Shown: positions 60,164 to 64,000 of the stretch, piece by piece
Position numbering within the stretch: the first letter of the stretch is position 1
Layout: each line of letters begins with the position of its first letter
From: Trueperaceae bacterium
GTDB lineage: Bacteria > Deinococcota > Deinococci > Deinococcales > Trueperaceae
Assembly (NCBI GenBank): GCA_965215565.1
Contig: CBDCDZ010000004.1
Span: 1-64,000, forward strand
DNA length: 64,000 nt
Direction of reading: 5' to 3'
The notes under the pieces: generated by a model
What the model was told of the DNA's origin: nothing
Database searches by the model: none
Seen by the model: the letters and a program-made list of their open reading frames with translations, nothing else
Translations under genes and position numbers: made by a program

Positions 60164-60864
60164 GGTGTGTCCTCGCTGAATTTATAGCCTACGCCGCGCA
60201 CGGTGAGCAAGTAGGTCGGGCGGTTGGGGCTCTGCTCGAGCTTCTGCCGCAAGTTCGAGACGTGCACGTCCACCACGCGGTCCACGCCTAAAAAATTCTC
60301 ACCCCACACGCGGCTCAAGAGGTCGTTGCGGCGAAAGACGCGCCCCGGCTGCGAAGCGAGCGTCACCAAGAGGTCAAATTCTAAGGTGGTCAGCTCGAGC
60401 GGGTTTCCGTCTAAACGCGCAGTGCGTTTGTCTAGGTCGACTTCTAACGCACCTTGTCGAATGGTCTGACGCACGTCCGCCGACGCTTCACCCCGCCGTA
60501 ACACCGCCTGCACACGGGCGACGAGTTCGCGCGGGGAGAAGGGTTTGGGCACGTAGTCGTCCACACCCGCCGCGAAGCCCGCCAATCGGTCCGGCTCTTC
60601 TCCTTTGGCGGTGAGCATGATGACCGGCGTGGGACGCTCTAAACGCAACCTCTTGAGAAATTCCAACCCGTCCAGATGCGGCAACATCCAGTCCAACACG
60701 ACGAGGCGCGGAGAGAGGGTGAGGGCTTTCTCGAGCCCACTTACCCCATCGGTTGCCACCTCGACGGCGTAACCTTCGCGTCCTAAGTAAGCTTGGACAA
60801 TTTTAACGATGTCGGGGTCATCCTCGACAATGAGGATAGGTGCGGCCTTATTCAAAGGGCTCAT
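60160..60864 (-). CDS. OmpR-family response regulator
   Basis: IVEDD, LDWMLP, KPFSP, VDVHVSNLRQK, TVRGVGY. Confidence 0.95.
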   Translation of the reverse strand: MSPLNKAAPILIVEDDPDIVKIVQAYLGREGYAVEVATDGVSGLEKALTLSPRLVVLDWMLPHLDGLEFLKRLRLERPTPVIMLTAKGEEPDRLAGFAAGVDDYVPKPFSPRELVARVQAVLRRGEASADVRQTIRQGALEVDLDKRTARLDGNPLELTTLEFDLLVTLASQPGRVFRRNDLLSRVWGENFLGVDRVVDVHVSNLRQKLEQSPNRPTYLLTVRGVGYKFSEDTP

Positions 60865-61439
60865 CCCTCTATTATTGCCCTAAACTGCTGCCAGCGGCGT
60901 TGGAGTTGTTCTCTCAAGAGGTAGAGGATAAGCAGTGCGTCTAGCGTCAGCTCGAAGACGAAGAACTGCCGTCCGAAGTGCGCAGGGTCCCAGTAGGAAA
61001 TGGGGCTCGAGAAGCGAAGCGACCAGTCGAAGGGAAAGAGCAACAAGGGTCCGTCGCTATTGTGTGTGAGGATGTCGATGAGAGTATGCAAGGCGGCAGC
61101 CGCGAAAAACCAGAAGAGCCAACGCTGGACGGTGTTCTGAGTATGACGGTAGCGCCAGAGGAGCGCGAGCCCTACACCTAAAATGATCGGCGCGTGCAGG
61201 AAGTTGTGCGGGATGATCCAGTAAGGGCTGGTGTAGAAGAGCGTCTCCGCCATCCACTCGTGCGCCTCGCTCAAGTTTTCGCCTTGCAGCCACGTGTAGA
61301 GCGTCGTGCCCGACATTAGAAGGTAAATGGGAATATCGGGCACAACCGAACCGACCAAAACCGCCCAGAGCGGTAGCTCAATCTTGCGCTGCCGCTTAGC
61401 GAGCGCCGCTGTGATGATGAGGTGAGAGGGCGTGGTCAT
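60861..61439 (-). CDS. Membrane-bound metal-dependent hydrolase-like protein (YdjM-like)
   Basis: TTPSH, GSVVPD, HNFLH, HTLIDILTH, LLFPF. Confidence 0.7.
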   Translation of the reverse strand: MTTPSHLIITAALAKRQRKIELPLWAVLVGSVVPDIPIYLLMSGTTLYTWLQGENLSEAHEWMAETLFYTSPYWIIPHNFLHAPIILGVGLALLWRYRHTQNTVQRWLFWFFAAAALHTLIDILTHNSDGPLLLFPFDWSLRFSSPISYWDPAHFGRQFFVFELTLDALLILYLLREQLQRRWQQFRAIIEG

Positions 61440-61451
61440 AGGAGGATGAGG

Positions 61452-61988
61452 CTAGTGGTTGTCGATACCCTCAAACGCCTCCAAGAACGCCCGCATCTCG
61501 GTTTCATTCACCTCTTCGAAGGTCTGCTTGCGCTGCCAGGCGGTAAGGGCATAAGGGGTTTCTAGATCTTGGCGCGGCGCGATAACGGTGCGGCGGTAGC
61601 CCTGGGCGACCTCCTCGAGCCGCTCGATATTGGCTAAATTCTCCTCGTGCGTGCCCATCTTGTACCAAAGGATGACGCCGCCGTCCTCCATGTTGTGCAG
61701 CAAAACCTCGTCCGGGACGACGTAGTCGTAAGAGCCCCAGTCAGCCAAATAGCCGACGTGCCAGCCCGAGGTGGGTGGGTTGCTGTTGTAGGCGGGATGG
61801 TCAGCCGAAGTGTCGGCGATGTGCGTGTTGCCCTGGTCGGCGAAGCGTTCACCAGGCAAGTCGGCGCTTTGCACTCGGTTCATCACGATGAAGCCGACGA
61901 TTAAGAGCACGACACCTCCTGTGATGAGTCCCATGATGAGGTTGAGTCGGTTGTTTGCTGAATTGCGCCTCGTTTGTCTTGTTGCCAT
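61452..61988 (-). CDS. DUF3105 domain protein
   Basis: N-terminal TM, YNSNPPTSGWH, LHNMEDGGVILWY, ALTAW. Confidence 0.8.
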   Translation of the reverse strand: MATRQTRRNSANNRLNLIMGLITGGVVLLIVGFIVMNRVQSADLPGERFADQGNTHIADTSADHPAYNSNPPTSGWHVGYLADWGSYDYVVPDEVLLHNMEDGGVILWYKMGTHEENLANIERLEEVAQGYRRTVIAPRQDLETPYALTAWQRKQTFEEVNETEMRAFLEAFEGIDNH

Positions 61989-62183
61989 AAGGGTCCTTCC
62001 TCTTTCGGTGTACGCTGCCTAAACTGTTTAGAAGCAAGGGTGAAGCGTGTCACGTACGCTCTGAAGTATCTCAGCGTAGCAGCGGAGTGTAAAGCCCTTA
62101 TAAAGCTCGAGAGTTTCTGCCCGTTGAGGTGTAGGAGCAGGTATAGTTCTTTTAGAGAGGGAGGTGGGTCGTTGGGAGTTGAG

Positions 62184-64000
62184 GTGCAAGCAAGTGATAA
62201 ATCAGCCCACCGCGTTCTAGCCTATTGGCACGCGAGCCTCGCCGACGCCACCCTGCCGACCTTAGACCCACAAGGAGGGGAAAGTGTCCCATTGGCAGAC
62301 ATAGCGAAAGGCGTGTTACCCAGCGAGGTCACCTCCAAGCTCCGAGGCGCAGAAACCGCAGGAGTGCAAGCTGAGCAAGCGCTGAGCGTTAATATTATCC
62401 CCTTCGTGGCTCGAAAAGCGCAGCGAGGTCGTGCGAGGAGGGATAGGTTCGTCTGTCCTCTCATCATTCCAGCAGAAGTGAACGCTGACGGAGTGCTCCA
62501 GCCACCCTCCGAAGAGGCGCTGCCCTGGATGCCTCGGACCTGGCTCGAGCCCGTTGCCACGAGTGACGTTGTGCTAGGTAATGTGAACGCTTTAGAAGCG
62601 TACCTGACGACACACCTCTTGACCTTGCCGGAGGACACTGGCGAAGCGTGGAAGGCGCTTCTCCTCTACGCTCAGAAGATGTTGGGGTACGTGTCAAAAG
62701 ATACTTGGCGCGCGGCGCTCGAAGACCTCGACTATAAGTTGCTGGACGACGCCTTCATCGTCCAAGAGGGTGAGGTGAAGAGTTTTGGGAGGAATATCAG
62801 CTTGGTTTACGAGCAGCTCGCGAAACGTCGTGAGCTTCCTGGGCTGGTCCAGACCTATACCCGAGCGGCTCCTACCGAACCCGAGCCCCATCTGAAGCCG
62901 GAGGCGTGGCGAGAGCCCGCAAAGCGTCACCTGGGCAGCTTCGGTAATAAAACTGCCTTGTCGCCTTCGCAGCGAGAGTCGCTCCTCCACGCCTTGCAGA
63001 TGCGCTACGCCGAGGTACTCGCCGTGAGCGGTCCACCTGGCACAGGTAAAACCACCCTGATACAGAGCGTTGTTGCGTCCGCGTGGGTAGCGGCGGCGCT
63101 GGAGGAACGAGCCGCGCCCGTCATCGTCGTCACCTCTACTAACAATCAAGCGGTCACGAACGTGCTGGACAGCTTTGCTAAAGCGCGGCAGGTGAAGCGC
63201 TGGCTCCCCGAGCCTGTGACAGGGTTCGGTCTCTACCTCATCAATCAGGGCAACAAACAAAAAGACGCTTTGAGGCGGGGCATCCCGGTTGTCGACAAAA
63301 AGGGTAAAGGGTTCCCTCAGAGCCTCGAGCACGCCGGCTTCTTCCACCCAGCCAAAGCGCATTTCCTGAGCGAGTGTTCGCACTTCTTCGGCAAGGAAGT
63401 GCGAACACTCAGCCAAGCAACTGACCTGCTCCACGCGCAACTTAAATCTTTAGCTGACCGCTTGAATAATGGGGTGGACTGCGCCTACACCCTCGCCAAC
63501 CTTAGAGCCCGCGTAAAGGACTACGGCGAGGGGGCGGGAAAAGACGATCTAAGCGAGCTTGTGAGGGAAGCGCACGCTGCATTTGAGCAGCGTCAGGCGG
63601 AAGTAGAGAGGTTAGAGGGGGTCAAAACGCGGTGGATACAGTACGTCGCCAACGAATCTATCTTCTACAGCCTCTTTCCCGTAAACCTTCTCCTGAGAGA
63701 AAAAAGAATGCGGAAGCGTCAACTCTTCTGGCGCACGCATCTGTTGGAGCGCAGCGAAAGTGACGACCCCAGCGCTGATTTAGAAAAGATGCTCGTTCAG
63801 ATAAGAGCAGAGGCTCTAAAAGCTCAGCAGCAGTTGGAGGAAGCCGAGCGTCTGCTTAGTGCGCTGAGGCGAGCGGAGCAGAACTGGAGGGCGTGGTGCG
63901 ATGAGGTAGGCGCTAACATAGATGTTGGCTCGGACGTTAATTTAGATATTGCGCAGCTTTATATGCTCGAGACAACTGACGGAAAAACAAACGGTGCATG
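62184..64000 (+). CDS. Superfamily 1 (UPF1/DNA2-like) helicase, partial; resembles Mokosh type II MkoC
   Basis: Absent from the ORF track because it runs off the window. My translation gives AYWHASLADA, LSPSQRE, Walker A GPPGTGKTT and TSTNNQAVTNV. Start is uncertain (GTG 62184 or TTG 62172). Confidence 0.8.
   Translation, partial: MQASDKSAHRVLAYWHASLADATLPTLDPQGGESVPLADIAKGVLPSEVTSKLRGAETAGVQAEQALSVNIIPFVARKAQRGRARRDRFVCPLIIPAEVNADGVLQPPSEEALPWMPRTWLEPVATSDVVLGNVNALEAYLTTHLLTLPEDTGEAWKALLLYAQKMLGYVSKDTWRAALEDLDYKLLDDAFIVQEGEVKSFGRNISLVYEQLAKRRELPGLVQTYTRAAPTEPEPHLKPEAWREPAKRHLGSFGNKTALSPSQRESLLHALQMRYAEVLAVSGPPGTGKTTLIQSVVASAWVAAALEERAAPVIVVTSTNNQAVTNVLDSFAKARQVKRWLPEPVTGFGLYLINQGNKQKDALRRGIPVVDKKGKGFPQSLEHAGFFHPAKAHFLSECSHFFGKEVRTLSQATDLLHAQLKSLADRLNNGVDCAYTLANLRARVKDYGEGAGKDDLSELVREAHAAFEQRQAEVERLEGVKTRWIQYVANESIFYSLFPVNLLLREKRMRKRQLFWRTHLLERSESDDPSADLEKMLVQIRAEALKAQQQLEEAERLLSALRRAEQNWRAWCDEVGANIDVGSDVNLDIAQLYMLETTDGKTNGA

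Noticed and set aside
62694..63440. 248-aa minus-strand ORF
   Set aside because: Antisense to the helicase, which has clear Walker A and SF1 motifs on the plus strand.

Overview
GC-rich (about 60% by eye) bacterial window, probably Deinococcota (Trueperaceae-like; inferred from the PilC and housekeeping gene style and the repeat types, not proven). Layout: 1-10.9 kb is mostly housekeeping (MDR oxidoreductase, etfAB, acyl-CoA dehydrogenase, YpdA/Bdr, nth, pilC) plus two lipoproteins. 10.9-22.5 kb is a decaying island with an IS1595 remnant, two yybP-ykoY-type Mn riboswitches and many pseudogenes. 22.7-28.4 kb is an intact cluster: a membrane diguanylate cyclase fused to a class I terpene synthase, a divergent cytochrome P450 and a GAF-GGDEF-EAL protein. 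28.5-37.2 kb holds TetR/DoxX/FAD monooxygenase, ISAs1, amidase, ArsR and IS3. 37.9-49.9 kb encodes three large lipoproteins with cohesin-like and dockerin-like modules; two share an apparently identical 889-bp 5' segment. 51.2-62 kb is a membrane-arm-only nuoAHJKLMN operon with degenerate quinone-coupling motifs and a Met/His-rich NuoJ loop, next to a two-component system. The window ends in a partial SF1 helicase resembling Mokosh type II MkoC. All three IS remnants are interrupted by tiny 22-172 bp insertions, and several short repeat families are dispersed across the window. No rRNA, tRNA or CRISPR array was seen. All calls come from motif reading by eye; no searches were run.
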